Below, piece after piece: positions 11,634 to 22,102 of a stretch of DNA of 64,000 nucleotides. The first letter of the stretch is position 1; every line of letters starts with the position of its first letter. The notes under the pieces were generated by a model. That model saw only the letters and a list, made by a program, of their open reading frames with translations. It was not told the origin of the DNA and did no database searches. This DNA is from Nitrosomonadales bacterium (lineage in GTDB: Bacteria; Pseudomonadota; Gammaproteobacteria; Burkholderiales; Gallionellaceae), in NCBI GenBank assembly GCA_016213335.1, contig JACRAQ010000115.1:1338-65337 (forward strand), given 5' to 3'. Made by a program: the position numbers and the translations under genes.

Positions 11634-11649
11634 TAAAGGCTTTCCCATA

Positions 11650-12261
11650 ATGAAACTGACTTTGATTATCTGCGGCGTGGACGAAGCCGGGCGCGGCCCG
11701 CTGGCCGGGCCGGTGTATGCCGCAGCGGTGATACTCGACGCCGGCAAGCCGATTGCCGGACTGGCGGACTCCAAGAAACTCAGCGAAAAACGGCGCAGCC
11801 AACTGGCACAGGAAATCAAGCAACATGCCGCTGCATGGGCGATTGCCGAAGCCTCGGTAGATGAAATAGACACGATCAACATCCTGCGCGCCAGCCTGTT
11901 GGCCATGAGCCGCGCCGTAGCAATGCTGCCCCTGCGCCCGCAGGAAGTGTGGGTGGATGGCCTGTACTGCCCGGAAACCGGCCTGCCCAGCCGCGCCATC
12001 GTGCGGGGCGACAGCAGCGTGGCGGCCATCTCCGCCGCCTCCATCCTGGCTAAAACTGCGCGCGACGCTGCCATGCTGCTGCTGCACCAACAGTATCCGC
12101 AATACGGCTTTGATGCCCACAAGGGCTATCCGACCGCAGCGCATATCGCTGCACTGCAAACGCACGGCGTATCCAGTGTTCACCGGAAAAGCTTCCGCCC
12201 GGTAAGCGAGCTGTGCCGTGCCACTAAAACTGCTCACGGCAACCCTCTCCCACCCGCATAA
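11650..12261 (+). CDS. rnhB: ribonuclease HII
   Basis: 203 aa from ATG 11650 with the catalytic motif [14 protein letters not shown]. The ORF-track start at 11503 lies in lpxB and the repeat. Confidence 0.92.
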   Translation: MKLTLIICGVDEAGRGPLAGPVYAAAVILDAGKPIAGLADSKKLSEKRRSQLAQEIKQHAAAWAIAEASVDEIDTINILRASLLAMSRAVAMLPLRPQEVWVDGLYCPETGLPSRAIVRGDSSVAAISAASILAKTARDAAMLLLHQQYPQYGFDAHKGYPTAAHIAALQTHGVSSVHRKSFRPVSELCRATKTAHGNPLPPA

Positions 12262-12544
12262 TCTCCCCAGGTTTCCCTGGAATCTGCTGGTAACCGCACA
12301 TCGGTGATTACCAGCAGGATATACCCGCACCCGGTATATGCCGGGAAAGTTTGTGTGCGGCCATGCTCCCTTGAGTTTTTCATCGAGATCAAGCAGCCGC
12401 ACCTTCAGCGCGAGCCCGTGCGATTTCACTGCCATTCCCCCTCCCCCTCCACGCGAAGCCCAGAATTTATTTTCGGTTCACTTAAGCTTCGGTTAAGAAT
12501 CGGCTGGCAGACTGCCCTCGAACGCAAAACAACACGCTACCATC

Positions 12545-14692
12545 ATGAGAAATGCAAACATAGCGGAAAGAGCCAGTCACAGCCGCCCACACCCCGGTAG
12601 CGGAGCCTCCGCACCGCTCCCAACCATCCAGACCGCGCGGGAGCACCACCGGGCCGGACACCTGCCGCAGGCAAAAACGCTCTACCAGCAAATTCTCCAA
12701 ATCGAACCAAACCACCCCGATGCGCTGCACTATCTGGGCGCCCTCGCCATCCACGAAGGAAATCACGAGGCTGCTGTCGAACTCATCGGCAGGGCGGCGC
12801 GCATCCGGCCTTCCCGCACCGTACACTACAACCTTGGCAACGCACTCAAGGCGCTGGGCGAACTGGGCCGGGCGGCGGAAAGCTACCGTAAGGCGATAGC
12901 ACTGAAGCCGGATTATGCCGAAGCTCACGTCAATCTGGGCAACATATTGCAGGCGCAGGGCAAGCTGGAAGAGGCAGCTGGCCACTACCGCCGCGCGCTC
13001 CAGTTCAATCCCGGCCTGGCCGACGCTCACGTCAACCTGGGCAATGCGCTCAACGACCAAGGCAAGCCTGGCGAAGCGGTGGCCAGCTATCTCCGGGCGC
13101 TCCGGTTAAGAGCCAGTCCGGAAGGAGAGATCGGGTTTGCCCAGTCCGTAAAGCATCTCAGATTCAACCAGGAAATTGCGGGAGCACGTTCTTGTCTTAT
13201 CCGCGCAATAGCCGAGCCGTGGGGACGTCCGGGTGACTTTGTGACGCCAAGCGTTACGCTGGTCGCGCTTGATCCGAACATCAAGGAATGCCTGGATCGC
13301 GCCGCCCGCGCTTGGCCGGCCAGACTATCCGGGGAAGAGCTATTCGGGCCTTGCGGGCTCGCTTCGCTTGCTGGTGACAGCCTGCTGCACTGCCTGCTGG
13401 AGAATGCACCGGTAAGCGATATGGGGATGGAGCGGCTGCTGACCCTGACCCGGTTTGCCTTGCTCGAAACCGCCGAAACAACCGTTTCCGGCGCTCCGGA
13501 AGCTAAGATCCTGTCCTTCTACTGCGCCCTCGCGCGGCAGTGCTTTATCACCGAATATGTACTTGCCTGCACCGACGAGGAACTCGAGCGGGCAACGCGG
13601 TTGCGGCAGCGGCTGGTTGCCGCGCTGGAATCCCGATCTCCGTTCCCGATACTGTGGCTCGTGGCTGTGGCTGCCTATTTCCCGCTGGCTTCCCTGCCTT
13701 CTGCCAATGCGCTGCCGGATTGCCCCTGGCCCGAGCCAGTAACTGGCTTGCTGACGCAGCAGGTGAGCGAACCCGCAGAAGAACTCCGGCTGCGCGCCGC
13801 CATACCCAAACTGACCGCTGTCGAAGATGAGGTTTCCCTGCTGGTTCAGCAACAGTACGAGGAAAATCCCTACCCGAGGTGGGTAAAAATGCCGTCTGGC
13901 AACAAGGCGCCCTGCACTGACCCCTTCACACAGATCCAATCTCTCGGCAAAGGCGAAGGCCTCGATATCCTGGTTGCCGGATGCGGGACAGGCCAGCATT
14001 CGATCCAGGTAGCGCAGCAATTCCCCGGCACCAAGGTGCTGGCCATTGACCTTAGCTCGACCAGCCTCGGTTACGCCAAAAGGAAGACGCAAGAGCTCGG
14101 GCTGAAAAATGTCGAGTACGCGCAGGCCGACATCATGAAACTGGGCGGGATCGGACGAACGTTCGACGTTATCGAATCGGCAGGCGTCCTGCATCACCTG
14201 GCGGATCCGCTGGCAGGATGGAAGATAGTGCTCTCCCTGCTGCGGCCCGGCGGCTTCATGCGCTTGGGGTTATACAGCGAACTGGCGCGCCAGCATATCG
14301 TAGCAGCGAGGCATTTTATCGCCGAGCGCGGCTATGCGCCCAGCGCGGAAGGCATCCGCCAATGCCGTCAGGAGCTGATGACCATTGAACACGATGCGCC
14401 GCTCAGGCGGCTGACCTCGTCCCGCGATTTTTACGGGGCCAGCGCTTGCCGCGATTTGATATTCAATGTTCAAGAGCACCGTTATACGCTGCCCCAGCTC
14501 AAAGAAAATTTCCGGGAACTGGGCCTGGATTTCATCGGGTTTGCTATCGACCCCAGCATCCTGAGGCAATATGAGAAACGCTTTCCCGGCGATCTGCCAA
14601 AAACCGATCTGGACAACTGGAGCGCCTTCGAAAGCGAAAACCCCAGCACATTTTTTGGCATGTACCAGTTCTGGGTGCAAAAGCACAGGTAA
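12545..14692 (+). CDS. TPR-repeat protein with C-terminal class I SAM-dependent methyltransferase domain
   Basis: 715 aa. The N-terminus has about 5 TPR units (A...Y...L...P.....A...LG). The C-terminus has SAM motif I, LDILVAGCGTGQHS, and post-I region VLAIDLS. Confidence 0.7.
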   Translation: MRNANIAERASHSRPHPGSGASAPLPTIQTAREHHRAGHLPQAKTLYQQILQIEPNHPDALHYLGALAIHEGNHEAAVELIGRAARIRPSRTVHYNLGNALKALGELGRAAESYRKAIALKPDYAEAHVNLGNILQAQGKLEEAAGHYRRALQFNPGLADAHVNLGNALNDQGKPGEAVASYLRALRLRASPEGEIGFAQSVKHLRFNQEIAGARSCLIRAIAEPWGRPGDFVTPSVTLVALDPNIKECLDRAARAWPARLSGEELFGPCGLASLAGDSLLHCLLENAPVSDMGMERLLTLTRFALLETAETTVSGAPEAKILSFYCALARQCFITEYVLACTDEELERATRLRQRLVAALESRSPFPILWLVAVAAYFPLASLPSANALPDCPWPEPVTGLLTQQVSEPAEELRLRAAIPKLTAVEDEVSLLVQQQYEENPYPRWVKMPSGNKAPCTDPFTQIQSLGKGEGLDILVAGCGTGQHSIQVAQQFPGTKVLAIDLSSTSLGYAKRKTQELGLKNVEYAQADIMKLGGIGRTFDVIESAGVLHHLADPLAGWKIVLSLLRPGGFMRLGLYSELARQHIVAARHFIAERGYAPSAEGIRQCRQELMTIEHDAPLRRLTSSRDFYGASACRDLIFNVQEHRYTLPQLKENFRELGLDFIGFAIDPSILRQYEKRFPGDLPKTDLDNWSAFESENPSTFFGMYQFWVQKHR

Positions 14693-14716
14693 ACACAAGC
14701 ATACCTTGCGGCGGCA

Positions 14717-15358
14717 TTATTGCCGGTCTTCGTCCGTCTCTTTTTTTGCAAACTTGATGCCGAGCTGTTTCAGCTTGCGGTACAGGTGCGTCCGTTCCAA
14801 GCCCGCTTTTTGCGCCACACGCGCCATGTTGCCGTTCTCCCTGCGCATGTGGTAATTGAAATACAGGCTGTCAAAAATGTCGCGCGCCTCGCGCAAGGGG
14901 AGGTCGAGCGGTAGCGGAGATTGCGCCGCCATTTCTGCGGCGGCATCACCCTGCCCCGCATCCGGCTGCCGTCGCGGCTGCGGCGCGCCCTGCCGGATCG
15001 CCTTGGCAACCGTGTCGAGCAATTTCTGCAACGCGACGGGTTTTTCCAGAAAATCCACGGCGCCAATGCGCGTTGCCTCAACTGCTGTCTCTATGGTGCC
15101 GTGGCCGGACATCATGACCACCGGCATGGTCAGCAAACCCTGCGCGACCCACTCCCTGAGCAGACTGACGCCATCGGTGTCCGGCATCCAGATGTCCAGC
15201 AATACCAGGTCCGGCGCCTGGCGGCTGCGGAATTCACGCGCCCGCGCGGCATTTTCCGCCAGATGCACCTTGTAGCCTTCATCGAACAGGATTTCCGAGA
15301 GCAACTCGCGTATGCCCACTTCGTCATCCACGATCAGAATTTCCTTGGCAGCCATCAT
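14717..15358 (-). CDS. response regulator, REC + Fis-type HTH (NtrX-like but without an AAA+ domain)
   Basis: 213 aa. The REC domain shows ILIVDDE, DLVLLDIWMPDTDG and SGHG. The C-terminus, NMARVAQKAGLERTHLYRKLKQLGI, is an HTH_8-type helix-turn-helix. Overlaps the stop of the upstream NtrY-like kinase by 4 nt. Confidence 0.8.
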   Translation of the reverse strand: MMAAKEILIVDDEVGIRELLSEILFDEGYKVHLAENAARAREFRSRQAPDLVLLDIWMPDTDGVSLLREWVAQGLLTMPVVMMSGHGTIETAVEATRIGAVDFLEKPVALQKLLDTVAKAIRQGAPQPRRQPDAGQGDAAAEMAAQSPLPLDLPLREARDIFDSLYFNYHMRRENGNMARVAQKAGLERTHLYRKLKQLGIKFAKKETDEDRQ

Positions 15359-17484
15359 GCGACCTCTTCAAATAAGGGCAGGGTGACACTCACCCGCGTA
15401 CCGCCCGTTATTACATTCTCGATGGCGATGCTCCCGCCATGCTCTTCCACAATTTTCTTCACGATGGCCAAGCCCAGCCCGGTGCCTTTGCTCTTGGTCG
15501 TCATGTAGGGCTCAAAAGCGCGCGGCAGCAAGTGTTCGGGAAATCCGCTGCCATTGTCCTGCACGTGCAGCACCAGTGCGCCACCCTCGTTAGCCGTGCC
15601 CAGCACGATTTCCGGATGATGTATGCCTTGCAGTGCATCCTGGGCGTTTTGCAGCAGGTTGTGGATAACCTGGCGCAGGCGCGTCGCATCGCCCTTTACC
15701 CTGGATTGGCGGGCATTCAGGCGCATCGTGATGGGATTGATGTTTGCTTCATATAACCCCATCACTTCACGCAGCAACTGGTGCATGTCCAGCGTCACCA
15801 GATTGAGCGCAGGTGCACGCGCGTAATCGGCGAAATCCATCACCATATTTTTCATCGCCGCCACCTGGCTGACAATGGTTTGCGTGGCGCGCTGCAACAG
15901 CAGTGCATCGCTTTCCTCCAGCTTGGCGCCCAGCTTGTGCTGCAAGCGCTCCGCCGAAAGCTGGATGGGGGTGAGCGGGTTCTTGATTTCGTGGGCCAGG
16001 CGGCGCGCCACTTCGCCCCAGGCGGCTTGGCGCTCCGCCTGTAACAAATAGGTGATATCGTCGAACACCACCACATAGCCGCTCTCTGCCGCCGCTGACA
16101 GCCGGGTGCCGCGTATCAGCAACATCTGGTTGCCATTCTTGCTGAGCCGCTCGATCTGGCGCTGCCACTCTCCGCTCGGTACCGTCTCGAACGCTCCGGC
16201 AACCGCCTCGAAAAAGGGGCGCAATAAGGGATGTTCAGAAACGATTTCCTGCAATGGTTTGCCCGGCATATTCAGCAGTGGCGCCCCCAGGATTTGTGCA
16301 GCACTGCTGTTGACGGAGCGCAGCCTGAACTTCTCGTCCACCACCAGCACTCCCGAGGACAGGTGGGCCAGCACGCTTTCCAGATACGCCTTGGCGTTTT
16401 CCACCTGAAGCTGCTGCTTTTCGCTCATCTTTCTCGCATCGGACAGTTGCAGTGTCATCTGGTTGAACATACCGGTCAATGCGCCAAATTCGTCGCTGCT
16501 CTGCACCGGATACTTGCCGGTAAAATCCCCCTGCGCCACCGCGCGCGTACCTTCGGCCAGCGCGGCAAGCGGTGCGCTCAGCCGCTCGCTCAGGAAAAAC
16601 GCCGCCGATACCGCACTCAGCAGCACGATCAGCAGCGACAGCGTGAGGGTGATGCCGTACAGCCGCTTCAAACCGAGCCGGGACAGTGACAACTGCCGGT
16701 AGTCGCGGTAAACCGCCTGTACGGTTTCCGCATCGCTGGAAAGCTGCTTCGGTATCGGCTGCACGAATTGCAGGATGCGTGTTTCCTGCGACAGCCTTTC
16801 CAGGTTGACCGGCACCGGCACCAGCACACGCAACGCCAGGCTATTGTCAGGCAGGGTATCAACCATGCTGTACAGCCCCTGCCTGCGCGCCTCGCGCAGC
16901 ATGGTGGCGTCCGGCATGTCGGGAGACAGCTTGCTGCTGCCGCTGGCAAAGGCCAGCAGGTTGCCGCCGGCACCGAACAGCGCCACTTCCTGCACTGTCC
17001 CCTCGTCTATCATCTTGCCCAGCGTGAACGCGTGCTGCTCGGGCGGCTGCTCGGCCAGCAACAAGGAAACAAACTGCCCTTTTTTGCCCAATTCCTTGAG
17101 CCCGTTTTCCAGCGAGCTGCGCCCCAGGTTCAAGCCGCCTTCCAGCGCTTTTTCCACCCTGACATCGAACCACGACTCGATGCTTTTGCCGAGAAACTGC
17201 ACGGATACGGCATAAACCAGCAAGCCCGGCAGAACCGCGATCAAGGTAAAAAACAGCGCGAGGCGCAACGCGAGTTTCGAGCCGAACACCCGCGCCCTGA
17301 TCTTGCCGCGCAACTGCCACAACTGGTACCCCACCAGCATCGCGAGGCATAACGCCAGCGTGCCGGCCAGCGCCAGCAATCCATAATAGTTGCGCGAAAA
17401 CAGGTCGGTGTTGTCGCTGGCGCGTGATAGCAGGTAAAGCAGCAAGCTGCCGATCAGCGCGCTGAAGAAGATCAAATACTTCAC
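15355..17484 (-). CDS. ntrY: NtrY-like sensor histidine kinase (TM-HAMP-PAS-HisKA-HATPase)
   Basis: 709 aa with N-terminal TM helices, H-box HEIKNPLTPIQLSAERL, N-box HNLLQNA and G-boxes DNGSGF / GTGLGLAIV. Confidence 0.82.
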   Translation of the reverse strand: MKYLIFFSALIGSLLLYLLSRASDNTDLFSRNYYGLLALAGTLALCLAMLVGYQLWQLRGKIRARVFGSKLALRLALFFTLIAVLPGLLVYAVSVQFLGKSIESWFDVRVEKALEGGLNLGRSSLENGLKELGKKGQFVSLLLAEQPPEQHAFTLGKMIDEGTVQEVALFGAGGNLLAFASGSSKLSPDMPDATMLREARRQGLYSMVDTLPDNSLALRVLVPVPVNLERLSQETRILQFVQPIPKQLSSDAETVQAVYRDYRQLSLSRLGLKRLYGITLTLSLLIVLLSAVSAAFFLSERLSAPLAALAEGTRAVAQGDFTGKYPVQSSDEFGALTGMFNQMTLQLSDARKMSEKQQLQVENAKAYLESVLAHLSSGVLVVDEKFRLRSVNSSAAQILGAPLLNMPGKPLQEIVSEHPLLRPFFEAVAGAFETVPSGEWQRQIERLSKNGNQMLLIRGTRLSAAAESGYVVVFDDITYLLQAERQAAWGEVARRLAHEIKNPLTPIQLSAERLQHKLGAKLEESDALLLQRATQTIVSQVAAMKNMVMDFADYARAPALNLVTLDMHQLLREVMGLYEANINPITMRLNARQSRVKGDATRLRQVIHNLLQNAQDALQGIHHPEIVLGTANEGGALVLHVQDNGSGFPEHLLPRAFEPYMTTKSKGTGLGLAIVKKIVEEHGGSIAIENVITGGTRVSVTLPLFEEVA

Positions 17485-17491
17485 GGTCCGC

Positions 17492-18124
17492 TCACCTCGA
17501 TTGCGCAGACGCGTCAGGACGCACGATCCAGCGGTACCAATCGGAATCGAGATTCCAGTCGTTGTTGGTCAGGGCGTTGACTTGCAGCGGTTTGGGCAAT
17601 TGCGTCACGTCAAGGCGCATGCGCACTGACGCAATGTAGCTTCCGTCTTTTTTGAACAGTTTTTCCACAAAAAAATTGCCCCCGCCCTTGATTTGCTCCG
17701 CCGGGATGGGTGCGGCAGACTGCCGCCGGATGGTGTTGATCGCTGCATCCAGGCTGGCGAAATTCTGGAACAGCGTGCCGCGCGTGATGCGGTACTGGCC
17801 CGTCAAACTGTTATAGGACAGCCTGATAGTCAGTTCGCTTTGCGCAACGGTCTCGTCCAGCCAGTACCAGCGTGGCTGTGTCAGGGTAAACTCGCTGACG
17901 AAATACAGCGGCACCCCCTGCGTGAGCGCCTGCTCCACGACAGAATTGAAGCTGATATCAAAGTCGGCGGAAAGCTGGTAGCCACCGTCGGAAAAATACG
18001 CGTCGGCTTTGCGCACCGAGATTCCTTCGGCATGTGCGAAGGAGGAAAGACAGAGAATAGCAAGCATAACCAGCCACTTGCTCACCGCCGTTTGGCGCTT
18101 TGGTGAAATGGCGGGTAACTTCAT
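17492..18124 (-). CDS. DUF4390-like exported protein
   Basis: 210 aa from ATG 18124 with signal peptide …LSSFAHA. The rsmB-(this gene)-ntrY arrangement is as I recall it for betaproteobacterial DUF4390 proteins. The longer ORF-track version (to 18604) overlaps rsmB. Confidence 0.6.
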   Translation of the reverse strand: MKLPAISPKRQTAVSKWLVMLAILCLSSFAHAEGISVRKADAYFSDGGYQLSADFDISFNSVVEQALTQGVPLYFVSEFTLTQPRWYWLDETVAQSELTIRLSYNSLTGQYRITRGTLFQNFASLDAAINTIRRQSAAPIPAEQIKGGGNFFVEKLFKKDGSYIASVRMRLDVTQLPKPLQVNALTNNDWNLDSDWYRWIVRPDASAQSR

Positions 18125-18191
18125 CGGAAGGCAGAGAAAAGCAAAGCATCGGCTCTCTTCTGTTTTCCGCCTTCTGCCTGCTGTCCCCTGA

Positions 18192-19493
18192 TCACGCATG
18201 TTTGTGCAATAAGGCATAAAAGAAACCGTCGTGTTGGTCGCAGGGCAGAAGCTGGCCCTCCCCAAAATCAGGCGCAATGCTTGTCTTTGGCTTTTGTTCG
18301 CTATTTTCTGTTTTTTGCAGCCGCGCATCGTCGTGCTGCTGCAAGAATTCACCGATGACTTGCCGGTTCTCCCGCGCAAAAATTGAACATGTCGCGTAAA
18401 GCAATTTACCATCTCTTTCCAGCAACCGCCACAGCGCACCGAGTATATGCGCCTGCTGCTGCGCGAAGGCCTCGATATCCGGCGCACGCCGCAACCACTT
18501 GATATCGGGGTGGCGGCGCACCACCCCGGATGCGGAACAGGGCACGTCGGCCAGGATGCGCTGGAAAGGTTTGCCATCCCACCAATCGCCGGGCTGCCCC
18601 GCATCTCCGCTCTGCAAGCGGGCGCTCAACCCCAGGCGATGCAAATTTTCGCTTACCCGCTCAAGGCGCCGCGCATCCTTGTCCAGTGCCGTCAGATCAA
18701 TTTGCGCCAGCTCCAGCAGGTGCGCGCTTTTTCCGCCCGGCGCGGCGCAGGCGTCCAGCACACACATGCCGTCACGCACATCGAGCAAAGGTGCTGCGCA
18801 TTGCGCGCCCGCATCCTGCACCGACACCAGCCCATCAAAAAACCCCGGCAGCTTGCCGACCGGAGCGGGGTGTGCCAGCAATATCGCGTCGGGGGGGATC
18901 AGGCTGGCCAGAATATTCTGCTGCGCGAGCAGCAACAGATAATCGTTCGGGGTGCAGCGGCGGCGGTTCACGCGCAGCGTCATCGGCGGATGCTGGTTGC
19001 CGGCCAGCAATATCGCTTCGGCGCGCGGGCCGTATTGCGCATTGACCGCATCAATCCACCATTGCGGATAGGAGTAGCGCCCCTCCTCCGTGCCGTTTGC
19101 GGTAGCCAGCAGCGCGTCGCGGTCGCGCAGAAAATTGCGCAGCACCGCATTGACCAATCCGCCTGCTGCTACATTGTGTCTGCGCGCGGCGCGCACGGCG
19201 TGATCCACTATCGCGTGCGCTGCTGCCTTGCTGTACTGGAGCTGGTACAGCGCCACCAGCAGCAGGCAGCGCAGCAGCTCGTCCCGTAGCGGCTTGTGCA
19301 ACAACTGTTCAAGCACGCGCGCCAGCTGGCCGTAGAAACGCAGCGTGCCGTAGCTCAAATCCTGCAGCGCGCCGCGCTGTTGCGGCGTCAATCCGGGCGC
19401 GCTTTGCAGAAAATTGTCCAGCACCTGGTTTAAGCTGCGCCCGCCCAGCACTTGACATACCGCCTGGCTGGCGCCCCATTGAGCAGTATCCAT
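18192..19493 (-). CDS. rsmB: 16S rRNA (cytosine967-C5)-methyltransferase
   Basis: 433 aa with a NusB-like N-terminus, a SAM site DACAAPGGK and catalytic DVPCSASGVVRRHPDIKW. Lies in the fmt-rsmB order. Confidence 0.9.
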   Translation of the reverse strand: MDTAQWGASQAVCQVLGGRSLNQVLDNFLQSAPGLTPQQRGALQDLSYGTLRFYGQLARVLEQLLHKPLRDELLRCLLLVALYQLQYSKAAAHAIVDHAVRAARRHNVAAGGLVNAVLRNFLRDRDALLATANGTEEGRYSYPQWWIDAVNAQYGPRAEAILLAGNQHPPMTLRVNRRRCTPNDYLLLLAQQNILASLIPPDAILLAHPAPVGKLPGFFDGLVSVQDAGAQCAAPLLDVRDGMCVLDACAAPGGKSAHLLELAQIDLTALDKDARRLERVSENLHRLGLSARLQSGDAGQPGDWWDGKPFQRILADVPCSASGVVRRHPDIKWLRRAPDIEAFAQQQAHILGALWRLLERDGKLLYATCSIFARENRQVIGEFLQQHDDARLQKTENSEQKPKTSIAPDFGEGQLLPCDQHDGFFYALLHKHA

Positions 19494-20419
19494 CAGTTCA
19501 GCTGATCACCCGGGCGCACGGCAAATCCCTGCACGAACCGATCAGCGGGCAAGGCTCTGGCGTTAGGCCGCTGCAACACCTCCAGGCGCACCGCCCCTTT
19601 GCCGCACGCGACAAGGATGCCCTCTTTATCCAAGCTCAGCACCGCTCCGGGCTTGCCACCCGGTTCGTCGAACGCGCTGGCCTGCAATATCTTGACAGGC
19701 GCCGCATCAAACAGGGTGTAAGCCATGGGGAAAGGGTTGTAAGCGCGCACCGCGCACGCGATCCTCCGCGCATCGTCCGCCCAGTTGATCCGGGCTTCCT
19801 CCTTGGTCAGCTTGGGAGCATAGGTTGCCAGCGCGCCATCTTGCGGCTCGGGCGCCAATTGCCCTTGCTCCAGCAAGCGCAGGGCGGCAATGACCGCCTC
19901 CGCTCCCAGCGGCGCAAGCTTGTCGTGCAGAGTCTGCGCAGTATCGCGTGGCGTGATCGGGCAGGATTTTTTCAACAGCATATCCCCGGTATCCAGCCCT
20001 TCATCCATCTGCATGATGGTAATGCCGGTTTCTGTGTCGCCGGCCAGAATAGCACGCTGAATTGGGGCCGCGCCGCGCCAGCGCGGCAAAAGTGAAGCGT
20101 GGATATTCAGGCAGCCGAATCGTGGCAGTTGCAGCACCGCCTGCGGCAGGATCAGGCCGTAAGCCGCGACCACCATCACGTCCGCCGCGCAAGCCGCAAG
20201 CTCGCGCTGTATGTCCGCCTGTTTCAGGGACGCTGGCTGCAGCACGGGCAAGCCACACGCCTGCGCCAGCAGTTTGACCGGACCATGCGCCAGCTTCATG
20301 CCCCGCCCGGCGGGGCGATCCGGCTGGGTCAGCACGGCGGCCACGTCAAAATGGTGCGCCAGCAAGGCTTCCAGAGCAGCGGCCGCAAACGGCGGGGTTC
20401 CGGCAAAAATAATCTTCAA
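19493..20419 (-). CDS. fmt: methionyl-tRNA formyltransferase
   Basis: 308 aa with IIFAGTPPFA and NIHASLLPRWRGAAPIQRAI. Confidence 0.95.
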   Translation of the reverse strand: MKIIFAGTPPFAAAALEALLAHHFDVAAVLTQPDRPAGRGMKLAHGPVKLLAQACGLPVLQPASLKQADIQRELAACAADVMVVAAYGLILPQAVLQLPRFGCLNIHASLLPRWRGAAPIQRAILAGDTETGITIMQMDEGLDTGDMLLKKSCPITPRDTAQTLHDKLAPLGAEAVIAALRLLEQGQLAPEPQDGALATYAPKLTKEEARINWADDARRIACAVRAYNPFPMAYTLFDAAPVKILQASAFDEPGGKPGAVLSLDKEGILVACGKGAVRLEVLQRPNARALPADRFVQGFAVRPGDQLN

Positions 20420-20430
20420 GGTGGCGCCCG

Positions 20431-20934
20431 TTACAATGTCTCGCGGCGGCGTTTGCTGATTTTGGCGCGCAGGCGCGATTGCTTGAGCTGCGAAAGGTAT
20501 TCCACGAATACCTTGCCTTTGAGGTGATCCACCTCATGCTGCACGCACGTGGCCAGAAAACCTTCCGCCTCCAGCGTAAAAGGCTCGCCCTGCCGGTCAA
20601 GCGCACGAACGGTGACGCGCTCGGCCCGCCGCACTTTTTCATATATCCCGGGAACTGACAAACAGCCTTCTTCGTGGATGCTTTCACCGCCGCTGGAAAC
20701 AATTTCCGGATTGACCAGAACCAGCAATTGGTCGCGGCTCTCGGACACGTCCACCACGATGACCTGCTGGTGCACATCCACCTGGGTTGCAGCCAGCCCC
20801 ACTCCGGGAGCGGCATACATGGTTTCCGCCATGTCTTCAACGAGCTTGCGGATAGCGTCGTCCACCGCGCGCACGGGTTTCGCTACGGTATGCAGCCGCT
20901 CATCCGGGTATTGCAGGATTTTGAGAATCGCCAT
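20431..20934 (-). CDS. def: peptide deformylase
   Basis: 167 aa from ATG 20934 with the three Def motifs [17 protein letters not shown] and QHEVDHLKG. Confidence 0.95.
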   Translation of the reverse strand: MAILKILQYPDERLHTVAKPVRAVDDAIRKLVEDMAETMYAAPGVGLAATQVDVHQQVIVVDVSESRDQLLVLVNPEIVSSGGESIHEEGCLSVPGIYEKVRRAERVTVRALDRQGEPFTLEAEGFLATCVQHEVDHLKGKVFVEYLSQLKQSRLRAKISKRRRETL

Positions 20935-21036
20935 AAAGCTTGCTAATTTAAAGGACTGGATGCAGAATTTGGCCTGCCGCGCGCCCGCAGCAACAGGCCG
21001 AAGCGCGCAGCCCTCCATAATTCCGCCGGGGTTTTC

Positions 21037-22089
21037 ATGCAAAAATTTATTATATCGCTGATTTGCTGTTTGTTGCCCGCCTTCGCCTATGCCGCCTCTC
21101 CCGAAATCCGCGACAACGCGCCAGATCGCCACATCGTGGTTAAAGGCGATACGCTGTGGGACATCTCCGCAAAATTCTTCAATGATCCGTGGAGATGGCC
21201 GCAAATATGGGGGTTAAACAAGGACACCATCAGGGATCCGCACTGGATTTATCCGGGCGATGTAGTTCTGCTGGATCGTGCGACCGGCACTTTGCGTATC
21301 GGCGGAGGAAGCGATGCCGGCGCACCGGGCTCATCTCTCTCGCCGGGCTCTTCCGGTGAAGCCGTCAAACTGTCTCCCAGAATGCACTCGCAGGAAAGCA
21401 AACATGCCGCCATCCCCAGCATCCCGATCGGCGATATCGAACCGTTCCTGAGCCGTCCCCTGGTAATCGAAAAAGATGCCTTGTCCGGCGCGCCGACCTT
21501 GGTCGGCACTTTTGAGCGGCGCGTCATCCTGGGCAACAACGACATCGCTTATGTGCAGGGACTGAGTGAAGCCGGAGGAACGCAATGGCAGATTTATCGC
21601 GCGGGCAAGACATTTCTGGACCCGGACACCAAAGAGGTGCTGGGGCATGAGGCGATTTATCTCGGCGAGGCAAACGTCGAGAAATATGCCGATGTCAGCA
21701 CCATCAGAATCACCAAGTCTAACCAGGAAATCACCAAAGGCGACCGCCTCATCCAGATTTCCGGCGAAGTACCCAGCAATTATGTGCCGCATGCCCCTGC
21801 AAACCAGATCGCTGCGCGCGTCATCTCGATTTATGGCGGTGTTTCGCAAGGAGGCCAGAACACCGTCATCACGCTCAACAAAGGCCAGCGGGACGGTTTG
21901 GAGAACGGCCACGTATTGGCGCTGTACCGCAAGGGCGAGGTGCTGAAGGAAAAAGGCAAAACAATTCCTCTCCCCGATATGCGTTACGGCCTGACTTTCG
22001 TGTTCCGCACCTTCGACAAAGTATCCTATGCGCTGGTGATGCAAACCCGCTTGCCGGTGACGCTGCTGGATAGCGCGCAAACTCCCTGA
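21037..22089 (+). CDS. LysM domain-containing exported protein
   Basis: 350 aa with a signal peptide. LysM motif [28 protein letters not shown]...[12 protein letters not shown]. Divergent from def and upstream of dprA. Confidence 0.8.
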   Translation: MQKFIISLICCLLPAFAYAASPEIRDNAPDRHIVVKGDTLWDISAKFFNDPWRWPQIWGLNKDTIRDPHWIYPGDVVLLDRATGTLRIGGGSDAGAPGSSLSPGSSGEAVKLSPRMHSQESKHAAIPSIPIGDIEPFLSRPLVIEKDALSGAPTLVGTFERRVILGNNDIAYVQGLSEAGGTQWQIYRAGKTFLDPDTKEVLGHEAIYLGEANVEKYADVSTIRITKSNQEITKGDRLIQISGEVPSNYVPHAPANQIAARVISIYGGVSQGGQNTVITLNKGQRDGLENGHVLALYRKGEVLKEKGKTIPLPDMRYGLTFVFRTFDKVSYALVMQTRLPVTLLDSAQTP

Positions 22090-22102
22090 ACATAAAAGCC
22101 TT

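Noticed and set aside
11263-12435. 390-aa minus-strand ORF across the lpxB end, repeat element C and rnhB
   Set aside because: It crosses a repeat element and two supported plus-strand genes. It is not credible as coding sequence.
12304-12600. 98-aa ORF in the rnhB / TPR-methyltransferase spacer
   Set aside because: It has no RBS and an odd composition. It runs through hairpins and overlaps the start of the downstream gene, so it is probably non-coding.
17492-18604. Full 370-aa version of the ORF containing the DUF4390-like gene
   Set aside because: The first 160 codons overlap rsmB in another frame and look non-coding. The ATG at 18124 followed by a signal peptide is the sensible start. 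The same logic was applied to the 5' extensions of cdsA, lpxA, rnhB, def, smg, hisF, hisE, tpm and others.
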